This document shows positions 24,526 to 36,624 of a DNA stretch of 64,000 nucleotides, in pieces. Source of the DNA: Macrostomum hystrix (taxonomy: Eukaryota > Animalia > Platyhelminthes); assembly GCA_950097015.1 (NCBI GenBank), contig CATNEN010000033.1, positions 2,170,001 to 2,234,000 of the forward strand, given 5' to 3'. Within the stretch, counting starts at the first letter, position 1; every line of letters starts with the position of its first letter. The translations under genes were made by a program, and so were the position numbers. The notes under the pieces are model-generated. The model ran no database searches. It saw only the letters and a list, made by a program, of their open reading frames with translations, and was not told where the DNA came from.

Positions 24526-27500
24526 CTAGCAGTAGGTTTTTAGTACAGGCATAGCGAGCCGCAGCCAGAATGGGGCTTTCCTATCAGACGCCTTCAGCGT
24601 TGCCATAGAAACTGGCTGACCGTGGCTAAACAGGCTGTCTCGCTCTTCAGCTAGCCTACTGGCCAGTTGATGACAGTCTGTGGCCAGGCCGAACTGCAAC
24701 TCCAGATCGCGCAATCGGGATCGATGTCCGAAATTGGACGAGCCAATCAGAGTCAGGCTAGCCCGACGACCTTCTCGATCGCCCAGCCACAGGCCTTTGG
24801 CGTGAAAGGTCCAGCCTGGGCGGGCGAATTCTAGAAGCGGGGCGCACTGCCCAGGTGCCCTGGCTAGGGCTGCGGCAAGGAACTGCCGCTCCAGATGCGT
24901 GTACGCAGCTGGTATGTAGTAAGAGAGTCCGGCCGACTTGTAGAAACTGTTGGCCTGGGATCACATGGGGAGCAAGTAGTGAGATGAGGACTGGGTTGGG
25001 GATCAGTGAGATCAGGAATGGGTTGGGGATCAGTGACATCAGGGCTGGATTGGGGATCAGTGAGATGAGGACTGGATTGGGGATCAGTGACATCAGGACT
25101 GGACTGGGGATCCGTGACATCAGGAATGGGTTGGGGATCAGTGACATCAGGACTGGGTTGGGGATCAGTGAGATCAGGACTGGGTTGAGGATCAGTGACA
25201 TCAGGACTGGATTGGGGATCAGTGAGATCAGGACTGGATTGGGGATCAGTGACATCAGGACTGGTTTGGGGATCAGTGACATCAGGACTGGGTTGGGGAT
25301 CAGTGACATCAGGACTGGGTTGGGGATCAGTGACATCAGGACTGGGTTGGGGATCAGTGACATCAGGACTGGGTTGGGGATCAGTGACATCAGGACTGGA
25401 TTGGGGATCAGTGAGATCAGGACTGGATTGGGGATCAGTGACATCAGGACTGGGTTAGGGATCAGTGACATCAGGACTGGATTGGGGATCAGTGACATCA
25501 GGACTGGGTTGGGGATCAGTGAGATCAGGAATGGGTTGGCGATCACTGAGATCAGGACTGGGTTGGGGATCAGTGAGATCAGGACTGGGTTGGGGATCAG
25601 TGAGATCAGGACTGGGTTGGGGATCAGTGAGATCAGGACTGGGTTGGGGATCAGTGAGATCAGGACTGGGTTGGGGATCAGTGAGATCAGGAATGGGTTG
25701 GGGATCAGTGAGATCAGGACTGGGTTGGGGATCAGTGAGATCAGGACTGGGTTGGGGATCAGTGAGATCAGGTCTGGGTTGGGGATCAGTGAGATCAGGA
25801 ATGGGTTGGCGATCACTGAGATCAGGACTGGGTTGGGGATCAGTGAGATCAGGACTGGGTTGGGGATCAGTGAGATCAGGACTGGGTTGGGGATCAGTGA
25901 GATCAGGAATGGGTTGGCGATCACTGAGATCAGGACTGGGTTGGGGATCAGTGAGATCAGGACTGGGTTGGGGATCAGTGAGATCAGGACTGGGTTGGGG
26001 ATCACAGATCAGGACTGGATTGGGGATCAGTGAGATGAGGACTGGATTGGGGATCAGTGAGATGAGGACTGGATTGGGGATCATTGTGGTCAGGATTAGG
26101 GATTAAAGAGGTGAGACAGTTGGTGACTCACAGCGGGCGCAGCGCACAAGACGCTCAGCTGTTGCGGGGCTGCCAGCAGTGCATGAGTGTACTCCTCAGT
26201 CAGATTGAAATAACCGGAGGCCAGGTGTAGCTGCTGAAATCCTGATTGCAGCAGGCAGGGCAGCTGGTCAAGCAGCCGCTGTGTGGCATAGCTATCGTCG
26301 CACACACCCCAAGGCCCCATCTGAGCCATGGCATATATGGTGGTGTCGGTGCCACCAGTAGCCTCGGCTGCCCCTGAATCGGTTGCGAACTCAGCGATGA
26401 GTCGGTTGACCCGATCGCCGACCCATTGACCTGGCAGACGCACCGGCCGGGTCAAGCTGCCATCAGACGATAGTCGATAAGAAGCGTCGGATACCACATC
26501 AACAACACGCTCGAGAAAGTTGCACAGGAGGGGGGCGCCACGGACTAACAGGTAGCGATCCTGCCGGTCTGTGAAGTAGTCACGGCTGAGGTTGGCCCTG
26601 CGGTGGCGACCAAGTTTATATTGAAAAAAACTCTTGTTTTTTTGCAATTCAGCGATTAATTTGTTGATGGACAGGTGAGGATCAGGCATTGGTATTGGGT
26701 AGTCACTGGGCAGGTGAGGATCAGGCATTGGTATTGGGTAGTCACTGGGCAGGTGAGGATCAGGCATTGGTATTGGGTAGTCACTGGGCAGGTGAGGATC
26801 AGGCATTGGTATTGGGTAGTCACTGGGCAGGTGAGGATCAGGCATTGGTATTGGGTAGTCAATGGGCAGGTGAGGATCAGGGATTGGTAATGGTTAGTCA
26901 ATGGGCAGGTGAGGATCAGGGAAGATAACTAAGGTGGCTACATGCATGACAGAGAAGCAAGCTGCAATAAAACACTAAACAATACGCACCCGGACAGTAT
27001 GACCGAATCATCAAACACGTAGATCTTCATATGCTGAAGGCCGACAACTTCATTGAGCCTCTCGGGCAGCAGCTGAGCCCAGCAGGCCCGGGCACCGGTA
27101 CAGTCCGATGCTGACGTCAGCTGCGGCCGTGCCGCCCAGTTGTTCAGCGGCCGCGCAAACTGGCCTCAGCATAGCAGCTGAACTGTTAAGCGGGCCGCCT
27201 CGAGTGCCCCGGGCGGCGTCCAGCAGGAGCCTCACTCGCGGCCTGCGGTTTCCGCTAGCATTGTCCAAGGCGGCCACCATCGACTGGACCAGGCGACGCT
27301 CGTGTGCGCCGCAGCCCAGGTAGAGAGAGGCGAGCACAATGCGACGCTTGGCGCCGCTTATGCCGCGCTGTTAGAGACGGGGTCGGGTTGCCCTTAAAAT
27401 TGATGTATTTTAAAACTTCTAATGTTGCCATGAAAACAGCCAGTAAATTCACCCACAATTAGTGCATTGTAGAATTGCGAGGGCTCCTGAAGCACACTGA

Positions 27501-27580
27501 TATTGCCAGCTTGCACCCGGAATGCTGGCACCAAGTTGAAAACATTAGCCAAAGACTGAAACAATTGTTAGATCGTTCAT
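24526..27580 (-). CDS. PGS1: Mitochondrial phosphatidylglycerophosphate synthase (PLD-fold), 4 exons, ~464 aa, two apparent 1-nt insertions
   Basis: Exons ~27580-27457, 27367-26990, 26597-26132, 24954-24526. Motifs KRRIVLASLYLG, GLQHMKIYVFDDSVILSGANLSRDYFTDRQDRY, SGYFNLT, GWTFHAKGLW and LIGSSNFG.RS..RDLE. Exon 2 is 378 nt where splice phases require 377. Confidence 0.9.
24980..26085. repeat. 27-bp intronic minisatellite (GGGATCAGTGAGATCAGGACTGGGTTG)n
   Basis: About 40 copies filling PGS1 intron 3; source of the 200-400 aa pseudo-ORFs. Confidence 0.96.
26670..26921. repeat. 39-bp intronic minisatellite, ~6 copies
   Basis: GGGCAGGTGAGGATCAGGCATTGGTATTGGGTAGTCACT units in PGS1 intron 2. Confidence 0.95.
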
Positions 27581-27768
27581 GAACACGTCATAAAATACGT
27601 GCACTGCCGCTCTAAGTAGTGTTTTGAGTGCGCTATTACAAGATTTGTTAGTTCAAATTAATTTAAATCACTACTTCCCATGACTGGTTCTAATATACGA
27701 ATATTGATAGGCTGCAGAGGGCTGAAACGAGGTGAAACGCGGGGTGTGGATATGAAGGTGGAGCCACT

Positions 27769-30019
27769 AGATACGTCACTCAATGCAAAAATCTGGTTTT
27801 CGCTCTCATCACACACTTTATGCCATAGACAAACATTCGGCCAGCTACAAGTCGCCAAATTCGCATCATCATCAGCAGCAGCAGTCGTCTCCAGAATTTT
27901 TCTTTTCTTTTAAAGCACAGCACACCAAGGAGAAAAGTATAGAAAAGTATTCGTCTCCAGAATTCTCTCATGCAGCAGTCTCTAAATTCACGCTTCTGTT
28001 GCGTCAGAGGCTGTTTAATATCAGTTTACTCGGCTCCTCCGAAGGACGGAAGAAGAGTGCAGCTTCACAGCTTTCCATCGAAGAATGATATAGCTCAAGA
28101 ATGGCTTCGAATCTTGGAGCTGAATCATTTAAATCTGGATTTCGTAAGGAAGCACAGGCTGAAGGTTTGTGGCCTTCACTTTCGGGACGAAGACTTTGTC
28201 GGACAAGCAGTGGGCAGAAGTAGGCCAGGAGCAAGGCTTCGTAAGAGCACTCTACCGAATTGCGACCGCCACCTAAGAGCCTCCGAAGACTTGGGTCTGC
28301 CGTCAGAAGCGACTATCAGAAGGCATAAGCAACTGCTCTTTAGGCAGGAGGGCGTGTGCTCGAAGATCATCTCGGAGTTGCGTGATTGCATGGAGTGGAA
28401 GCCTGATCGGTACCGGCTCGCAACGCTCTGTGTGGATGCCATGCACCTCACCCCCTCATTACGCTACCATGAACTCACCGACAGCATAATTGGTTGGTCA
28501 ACTGGCAATAACGCTGCTCAGGAGCGGAAGCGGGTAAATCAAGCAGCAGTTGCAATGTTACGCGGCATAGCAGCACCATGGAAACAACCGATTGCGTACT
28601 TCACTTCGTACCACGGCATGAGCCAGCATCAGTTTAGGTCGGCAATTGACACTTGCTTGCGAGCAGCACACTCAGCTGGTATCACAGTCAAAGCTTTGGT
28701 CTGCGATCAGGAGAGCACACAGTGGGCGTACTTGAAGAGCATAACAGTATATGGCAAGTGCAGCATGCAACATCCTATAACTGGAGATGATGTTTACCTC
28801 ATGATCGACATTCCGCACTGCTCAAAAAAATTGCGCAACTGTCTCATGGGACATCGAATACGCGGAGGGCAAGCTGGCAAGTTGGCGCCATGTTGCCGAC
28901 TTCTATGACAGTGAGTGCCGGCGGGAGTTAAAGCTAGCAGTAAAGCTGAAGGAGTGCCATATCAATCCTAAAATCGGGCAGAAGATGCGAGTGGCACTGG
29001 CAGTTCAAGTGCTCAGTCACTCCGTTGCGGCTGGCATGCGCCAGTGAACCACAAACACTGGGCCAGTATATCGGCTTAACTTCGTCTCATTGGTTAGATA
29101 CACCTGTAATTGAGACTCCGATATTTATACTCACAATATCCTGACGTATTCTAGCGGAAAGCATACTTTTCGTAAAGCTGACTACTGCTAGTAGAGTAAT
29201 TTGCGCATCGAACTAAAAGACGCAAATTATCATTATTCTACCGAAATATAAAACTTAAAAAATAAGCGCGAGAGAGGGTGGTGACGGTTCGCTCTTGCTG
29301 TCTTGCATCTCTTATGCCCCCTCTGAATCTATACCCCAGCTATGTGTTCATCATACAGTACAAACATACTTGTGAGCTTGCGTACCTGTGCTAATGAAAT
29401 GATCTGTTTATGTTGCCTAGCAGAAATATTTATACTTATAATATATTGTTTTTACACAAACTGTAAAAAATAATTTTTTCTACTTCTATTTCTATCTCTA
29501 TTTTCTACCACTATGCAATTACCAAAATACTGAATGCTAAATTCAAAATACCCATGTTCTAACCACTTTTAACACCATGGCTCAGTGCCCAAATATTCAT
29601 TGCTGAGTTACTTGATTTACCTATCTCAAATTTTCCCTCGATCTATTTCTTTTATTTTTTTATTCGAACCCAAACTTTGGACCTTCTAAAATTTTTAAAT
29701 TTCTAAACTACTATATTTTACTTTCATATTTATATTTTAATAGAAATGTTTTAATACAAGTATAGAAAATATATACAGCAGCAGAGCCCCCACAAAGGGC
29801 TGACCTGCAGTCCAGATTGGACGAGGCTGTTTAACAACAACAATGTATAAAAACTACAAATAATGATCATCAAATAGTGATACAATGTACCACGTATGAG
29901 TATTCTGGCTAAAAAATAGCAGCATTCATTCATGAAATGGTGCATAGCGCTATCAATGTCTATGGCATAAAGTGTGTGATGAGAGCAAAAATCAGATTTT
30001 TGCATTGAGTGACGTATCT
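27769..30019 (+). mobile_element. P-element-superfamily (THAP9-like) DNA transposon, defective, with 63-bp terminal inverted repeats
   Basis: IRs at 27769-27831 and 29957-30019 match 61/63. They enclose a THAP plus P-transposase reading frame. No target-site duplication is evident. Confidence 0.85.
27970..29047 (+). pseudogene. THAP-domain P-element transposase, frameshifted (~28852) and 3'-truncated
   Basis: THAP C2CH (CCVRGC...FP...W...CGLHF), LR....LPSEATIRR, LCVDAM, MLRGI..PWKQPIAY and DIPHCSKKLRN; the +1 frame continues to KMRVALAVQVLSHSVA and stops at 29047. Confidence 0.85.
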
Positions 30020-30289
30020 TGGGTATTTATAATCTTTGGTGTTAAGTGAGAATGATTCCTTTGAAGTTCTTTAGAGAAAGTACATTCTTTAGTGAATACG
30101 AGTGTTATTTTGCAGCCTATTCTTTTTACTGCTGTCGACATGTTGGATTACGATTCAATACTAGAGAACGATATTAGCAGTCTAAGCTCTGATGAGCTAG
30201 ATTTTTGATGCGCCTTGGACGTTGTGAATCAGATCAAGCAATTAGTCAATGGTCGGGCTTGACGGCTGCACATCAGAGACTGATAGATG

Positions 30290-32278
30290 CCAAGCTGTAA
30301 AATCCATCTGAGATAGATGATGCATCACTTCTGCAAGAGGTCAGTGAGACTGAGGAGAGCGATCTGCGGCATGTGGAAGATAAAGAAAAGTGTAAATCAA
30401 CCACCAAGCAAACGGAAGCACACGTGAAATGACTGAAGAATTTCTTGTGTGACCAAAACTTGCCGGACAACATCGAGAGTATGCCGTGCATTATCTGTAC
30501 GCATACCTCAGGCTATGGTTTGTGTCGCTAAAGATGGCCGATGGCAAATCCTACGCCATTCGTTCTCTAGTTTGCTTCCAAGCGTCGATTCATCGCTACA
30601 TTTCTGAGAGAATGGATCTCAAGATCATTGGAAATGAACAGTTTGCATCATTTGAGCGTACATTTAAGGCGTGCTTGTCTGCTGCTCTTAAGGAGAAGAA
30701 ACTAGTAGGAGGTGCTAGTCTTGACTTACTTTGACTTATCTGCAGGGCGGTCCGACGGACGCAGTGGGGAGGCGGGAGTCGCCCATTCCGCTAATCCCTG
30801 AAAGACCCGCAATCGGCCGATGGCGCGGGGCCAGTCAGGGAGGTCCGTGTTCGGTCCTTCCTGCAGCTTGTTCCTCGCTGGGGAAGAAAGAGGCTCGTCT
30901 GGTTCCTAGCCCTTAGGAACCGGACGAGCCGCGGGATGTTCTCGGATCTGCAAACATCGTCCATGGATGGGTTTGGTCCGAGGTGATTAAGCCTCTCTCT
31001 GGTGAAGAAAGGGCAGTGGCAGACGAAGTGCAGGGCATCCTCGTCCTCAAGGTTGCAGTGACCAAAACTTGCCGGACAACATCAAGAGTATGCCGTGCAT
31101 TATCTGTATGCATACCTCAGGCTATGGTTTGTGTCACTAAAGATGGCCGATGGCAAATCCTACGCCATTCGTTCTCTAGTTTGCTTCCAAGCGTCGATTC
31201 ATCGCTACATTTCTGAGAGAATGGATCTCAAGATCATTGGAAATGATCTAGTTTGCTTCTAAGCATCGATTCATCGCTACATTTCTGAGAGAATGGATCT
31301 CAAGATCATTGGAAATGAACAGTTTGCATCATTCGAGCGTACATTTAAGGCAGTGCTTGTCTGCTGCTCTTAAGGAGAAGAAACTAGTAGGAGGTGCTAG
31401 TACTCTACTGTCCGATTGAGGATGACGACTTCATGCGCTTGCTTTCGTACTTTGACCAGTCGACTCCGATGCGGCTGCAGATGGAAGTACTTTTTAAGAT
31501 TGTGTATGGTTTCGGTTTTAGAGAACGTGAATAGTTGCGTGGATTGAGCAAGAGAGACCTGCAAATCAAAGAGTATGACGGTGTGCGGTACGTAGATGTG
31601 ATGAAGACTAGTAATGAGAAGGTGATTTCTGCTGACAATCTAACAACGATGAAATCCATCATTCTTGTCGAGACTCCAAATGAGCCTACCACGTGTCCAG
31701 TGCGCACAGTTGAATTATACCTGAGCAAGATACTGATGGACATTGAGTGTCTCTGGCCAAAGCCAATCCAACGTGGTCACAATACTGACGGCTATTGGTA
31801 TCACAATAATCTCGTACTAGGAAGGAACTGGCTAAACAGCTTTTTGAAGACGCTGTGCGAACTTGCTGGTCTTGCTAGCCAGAATCACACCAACCACTGC
31901 ATCCGTGCAAGCATGGTCACAAACCTGATTGAAGATGGCGTCAGTGTACCCCAGATTCAAGCTGTGACTGGCCATAAGCGAGCGGAAAGTGTCGAGCACT
32001 ACAATAAAATACTAAAGTTTTCAAAGAAAGTGGCATCCCTTTGGTGCTGCCTTTGGACAGCACCGTCTACATCAGACATCTCTGTTCTTCCTGTAGCACA
32101 GTCTTCTCCTGTGGTCAAAATCTATACTGTGGTTGGTCTGTCAACAACTGTGTCGCCTGCATTCGCAAACTGCAGTGTTGCAATTGGAGTTCCTTCCGCC
32201 AGAGTACCTAACATTTTCAGCAATTGTAAGTTTGAAAACTGTACAATCAGCATAAACCAAGGGCATGACAGCAACTGA
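30290..32278 (+). mobile_element. Decayed Crypton-type (DUF3504-like) tyrosine recombinase element with internal duplications
   Basis: YFDQSTPMRLQ..V.F....FGFRERE*LRGL (TAG at 31532), CPV...LYLSK, LGRNWL, TNHCIRAS, TGHK..ESVEHY give the R-HxxR-H-Y catalytic set. The N-terminal part (K.ADGKSY...SL) carries stops and frameshifts; 30449-30719 is duplicated at 31058-31402. Confidence 0.8.
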
Positions 32279-34078
32279 CCATTGTGCTTTTTAGTCACTG
32301 TGACTAAGCTGACAGTTTTTATTGTTTTTAATTCTATTTTGCATCTAAAATGGTTTATAAGCTCGTATTGAGCTTTAATTTTCCATACATTTGTCATGTT
32401 GACATTCTACATGATTTTTGATTTATTTTGTACTAATTAAGTAATAAATGTAAACTAATTGTTAGCTCATAAGTGTATATCTGAGTGGAATTATAATAAA
32501 TGGAACTATGTTTATAGCAATTATGCCTGCACAATTAACATTTATATAGTATTTTTATACTTTATAGAATAGTGTAGTATTACTTTATATATAGAGAAGT
32601 AATATTTAGTATGGTAATTATATTCATTGATTCATTGTGTGTGATTGTTACATCATCTGGCTATTTGGTTGTGGCTATTTTGAGTGCATTTTTCCTAGTC
32701 CGGATATTGAATATAGTGGCGTAAATTTACTTTTGTTTGCGAAATTATTTTCTTCTTTTAAAATGTTAAACAATAAAGCGGATAACATCAACTGGTAACA
32801 CAACTGGCGGGAAACATTTTTAAATGGCACTGAGCATTGCTTAGTTCTGTTCAATGTTGTCCTGACTGTCTCAGATTCCTAAACTGGTAATAATGACTAG
32901 GCCTATTCCAGTACAGAATGCTGCCAAAAGCCTTGGCAGGCCCCGGGTGAAGGCATTGTCATAGATACTCTTGGATATGTGATTTAAAGAGGGCATCACT
33001 AGTGCCATGCCACATAGTCTTGTCAGTACTTGCCGTCAGTTCCATCAGATCCCTTGAATTCATATTTAGTTCCGTCAGTGCCTGTGCTGGCAGAACTTCA
33101 TTCTGTGGCACAATCCATGATGGTCTTAGGGGCTGCCCAGCCATTTGCAAATCAGAAGAGTCTCGAAGTCTCTAAAATCCAAACTATAGTGAGGGCTCAA
33201 TAAAACTTAGCCAAATTTCTGCGCCCCAAACAAATCTACGCGGCTACTATGGGCCATAGACAACTCCCTTTTGTCATTCCATGTCATTGGCACCATTTTA
33301 AAAGAGGAAAATAATTTCGCGAATGAAAGTAAATTTAGGCCAATATAGGTCTAGTTTATTGTTCAGTTATTCTACAGTTAAAACATAAAATTTAAAAAAC
33401 TAATAGCTATCTAGCAAACATTATAAAACATATTTATTAAATACATAATAGCTAGCTAGGCATAGTTTCTCGATATTAAAATTGTAAACATATATTAAAT
33501 AGGGCCTAGGCTAATTAAGTATTTATGTAATATTATTGTCCCATATATTATAGTTTTGTGCCAGAGTAAAGGAATGGTGCTATTTACTAAGTAATATAGC
33601 ATAGCTATCTAGTATAGCTGCTGTTATATTGGGTGATTAATTATCTGGCTTGATTAGTAACGGTTAGCTTGGTAATGGTAATTTGGTAACTGCTGATATA
33701 AGTAAAGAGGAAATTAGAAATAATTTTCGTAACCGCGAGATTGAAAAAAAACATTTGAGAAACACGCATTTTAACTACTCGTCCTCGTCTGCGATGTTAA
33801 TATTCGTTAAGGCAAATTTCAACAATTAATTAGAGAAGTAGAATAGAATGCATTTTAAAAAACAGTATACTTCTTTGTACGATATAGCTATCCTGAGCGC
33901 TATATGCATGCGCATGTACAACGACGCAGGTAGTAGTAGTTCGTAGTGTTGCCACGCCACAAAATGACACGATGCGCTTTCATTTTCCATTCTGCTGAGC
34001 AGTGTCAGTATTGAAGAAAATTCTGTTAGTTTCTGTCAAAAGAGCTGTTTTTATGTTAGGCATATACTATGTATACTT

Positions 34079-34502
34079 GGATCCTAGACACTTCGTCATC
34101 TTACAACTTCGTCATCCACTTTGAAGGTAGGACACTTCGTCATTCAGCCAATTGGCATGCTTTAAAGTTTGGTCAGTTCGTGATCTACTAATAATAAGCA
34201 ATCAAGTTCGTCATCAATAAAGTGAGGGTGGGGTGGTGGGGCAGAGGTGTGAACACACTTCACACTCTAAATTGTCAAAAAGAGGTGTCAAAACTGATTT
34301 CATTATAAGAGTTCAAAGATAGGTGCCAACACGATCTGAGGAGGGGTGGGGAGCGGTGGTTCTGTTCTAACTTTGAAAACTTTTGTTTTATATATGACGA
34401 AGTGTCCACAAGTATAAGTCTCTTCGTCATCCACCCTCTGAGATATTGGACAGATTGTTATCTGGATGACGAAGCTGTAAGATGATGAAGTGTCCAGGTA
34501 CC
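34079..34502. mobile_element. MITE-like element with 40-bp imperfect TIRs and internal TTCGTCATC repeats
   Basis: 34079-34118 versus the reverse complement of 34463-34502 match 35/40; no coding capacity; TSD not resolved. Confidence 0.6.
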
Positions 34503-36624
34503 GTATAGTTATATGGTGTCTGGTCTTTTCGTCTGCTGCTATCTCGTCTGCTATAAACTTGTCTTTAAAACAAGCTTTGTACAAACTTGTCTGCCATAAA
34601 GACAATTAAAACAAAGTCGTCTGTTTTAAAGTTTTAAACTTTTTTTCATTTAACCCCCCATTGAAAATTCCTAGCTACACCACTGATCACATAACAAAAA
34701 GTTTGTAAAACATGTTCAAATTAGTCAAATAATGAAAATAGCTGATCTTCCAGTCACACTTGCATAATAGGGCCTACAATAGCTAGGTGATTAATTTCTT
34801 CTTATTTCAGTTAAGGCCAAGTTTGCCAACTTGTCTTCTCATAGTTTTCACTTGCCTACAAATAAGTCAACTTGTCTTTTGGCAGATGAAAAGACCAGAA
34901 CACAACTTATAATTGCTAGCTGGCTAATTCCATGAGATGACGGTCATTGTGTTGGTGTACATAATAATCATATTTGTAGGCCTACCAAAGACAAACTAAC
35001 TCGAGACTTTGTATGTTCTATATTGATGGGTATGACCTCTAGATTAAGATAATATACATTTTAAAGTAATTTTATTTACTATGTTAATGTAGCAGACAGA
35101 AACTTTCAATGATGGTCATTTTCGGTAAAAGTTGACATAGGCCCCTATTCAAATTTTCAATGTAAGTTCAAGATTCCTGCAAATCAGTCAAGTTTTTGTC
35201 TCAATCAATCATTTGTTGTAGTAAACAATAGCTAGATAAACAGTTATAAACAAATTTCACATGTAAGTAGCCAGTTTTAAGTGTGTTCAAGCATGTTTTT
35301 TCTTAGATGACAATTGTTGGACTGACAGTGATTTGTTTCAAAAAGACCATTGTTTTTTAAAACAGCATAAGGAATCTCTCTATTTTGGATAATATCTTGG
35401 TTTTAAGATTGTTTATAACTAATATTAGTTCTAATAAAAATATTTAGGCGATTTTCCTCTTTTGTTGGTTAAATTATTTTTTCGACAGAAACAAGTTGTG
35501 ACTACTGAGTAATGTCAGAAAACGACAGTAATGGGATGCTGGGACTTAAATTTTTAAAGTTGGATGGAGTTGTTTAACTAAAGACAAACGGTAATGGTAA
35601 ACGACATGTAACGACAGTAAACGACAACAATAGGGCACTGCGTCCCGTAGCTTGCTCTGGCATACAGAGAGTCTCACAAAGTCCAATATGGTTCAACTGG
35701 AGCCCCAGCAGTTCACAGTTCACAGGGGGTAATAGTGCGCAATGCGAGAGTGGGAAGGGGAGCAAGGAGCGAGTGCAAGCTGCTGCCTATACTCCGCCAC
35801 GAACCGAGTAGGTGAGTAGTGCCATAGACATGTGTCAGCAGCAACCCATGTCCTTTCCACTACTGCCATATCATTTTTTCAATAGGCACAATTTCAAATG
35901 CTGCCACGTCACTTTTTCGCGTCTACGCACTGATTCAAATCGAAAAAATAATTTAACGAACGAAAGAGGAAAATCGCCAATATTTAATGCTTTTCTAACC
36001 ATAAAATTTATTACACTAATCTCACATTTTAGATCAAACCTACCATGTACTTGTACCTTCAGCAAAACATAAACTTCAAGATTGCCTAACTCAATATTCA
36101 TAAATATGGCTGATCAGTTAGTAGAGGGAATAGTGCATGAAACAATTAAATAAACCAATTAACTTGGTTATCTTTTTTGACAAAAAAGGTAATTTATTTT
36201 AAGGCATATAAACAAGATTAACAGTATCTCTTGAATTCCAAGAACATGTATTGTCTTTAAAATTGACACAAGAAACTTTTACAAGAGAAATTGATTTAAA
36301 ATACACAACTTGAAAACAGTATTGATGTAGTTAATTATATGAATTTTATCAAATTTATGAAAAAGTGATAGTAATAATGATATCCAAATATATACAGGTT
36401 TTAAGAATGCCAGGAAATGATGGTGGTTGGGTAACTTTTCAGGGTTTTTTAAGCATATTAAACTTATCACATGCTAAAAAATGACAATTTGACTTAGATA
36501 TAGGCTAAGAAAATTTTTTAGCAAAAAACTAGCATGTTTTGCCCCCCTTCGGGGAGCAGAAATATTTTTAATTCGTCTTGTACATACTTTTTAGCAGCTG
36601 AATTTACAGCTTTTTAAAGCTAAA

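Noticed and set aside
24758-26106. 415-aa and 392-aa repeat ORFs (LIPNPVLIS, EIRTGLGIS)
   Set aside because: They lie within a GT-AG intron of PGS1 and are produced by the 27-bp array.
32959-33150. 63-aa minus-strand ORF next to the Crypton
   Set aside because: No motif, splice support or codon bias that I can defend.
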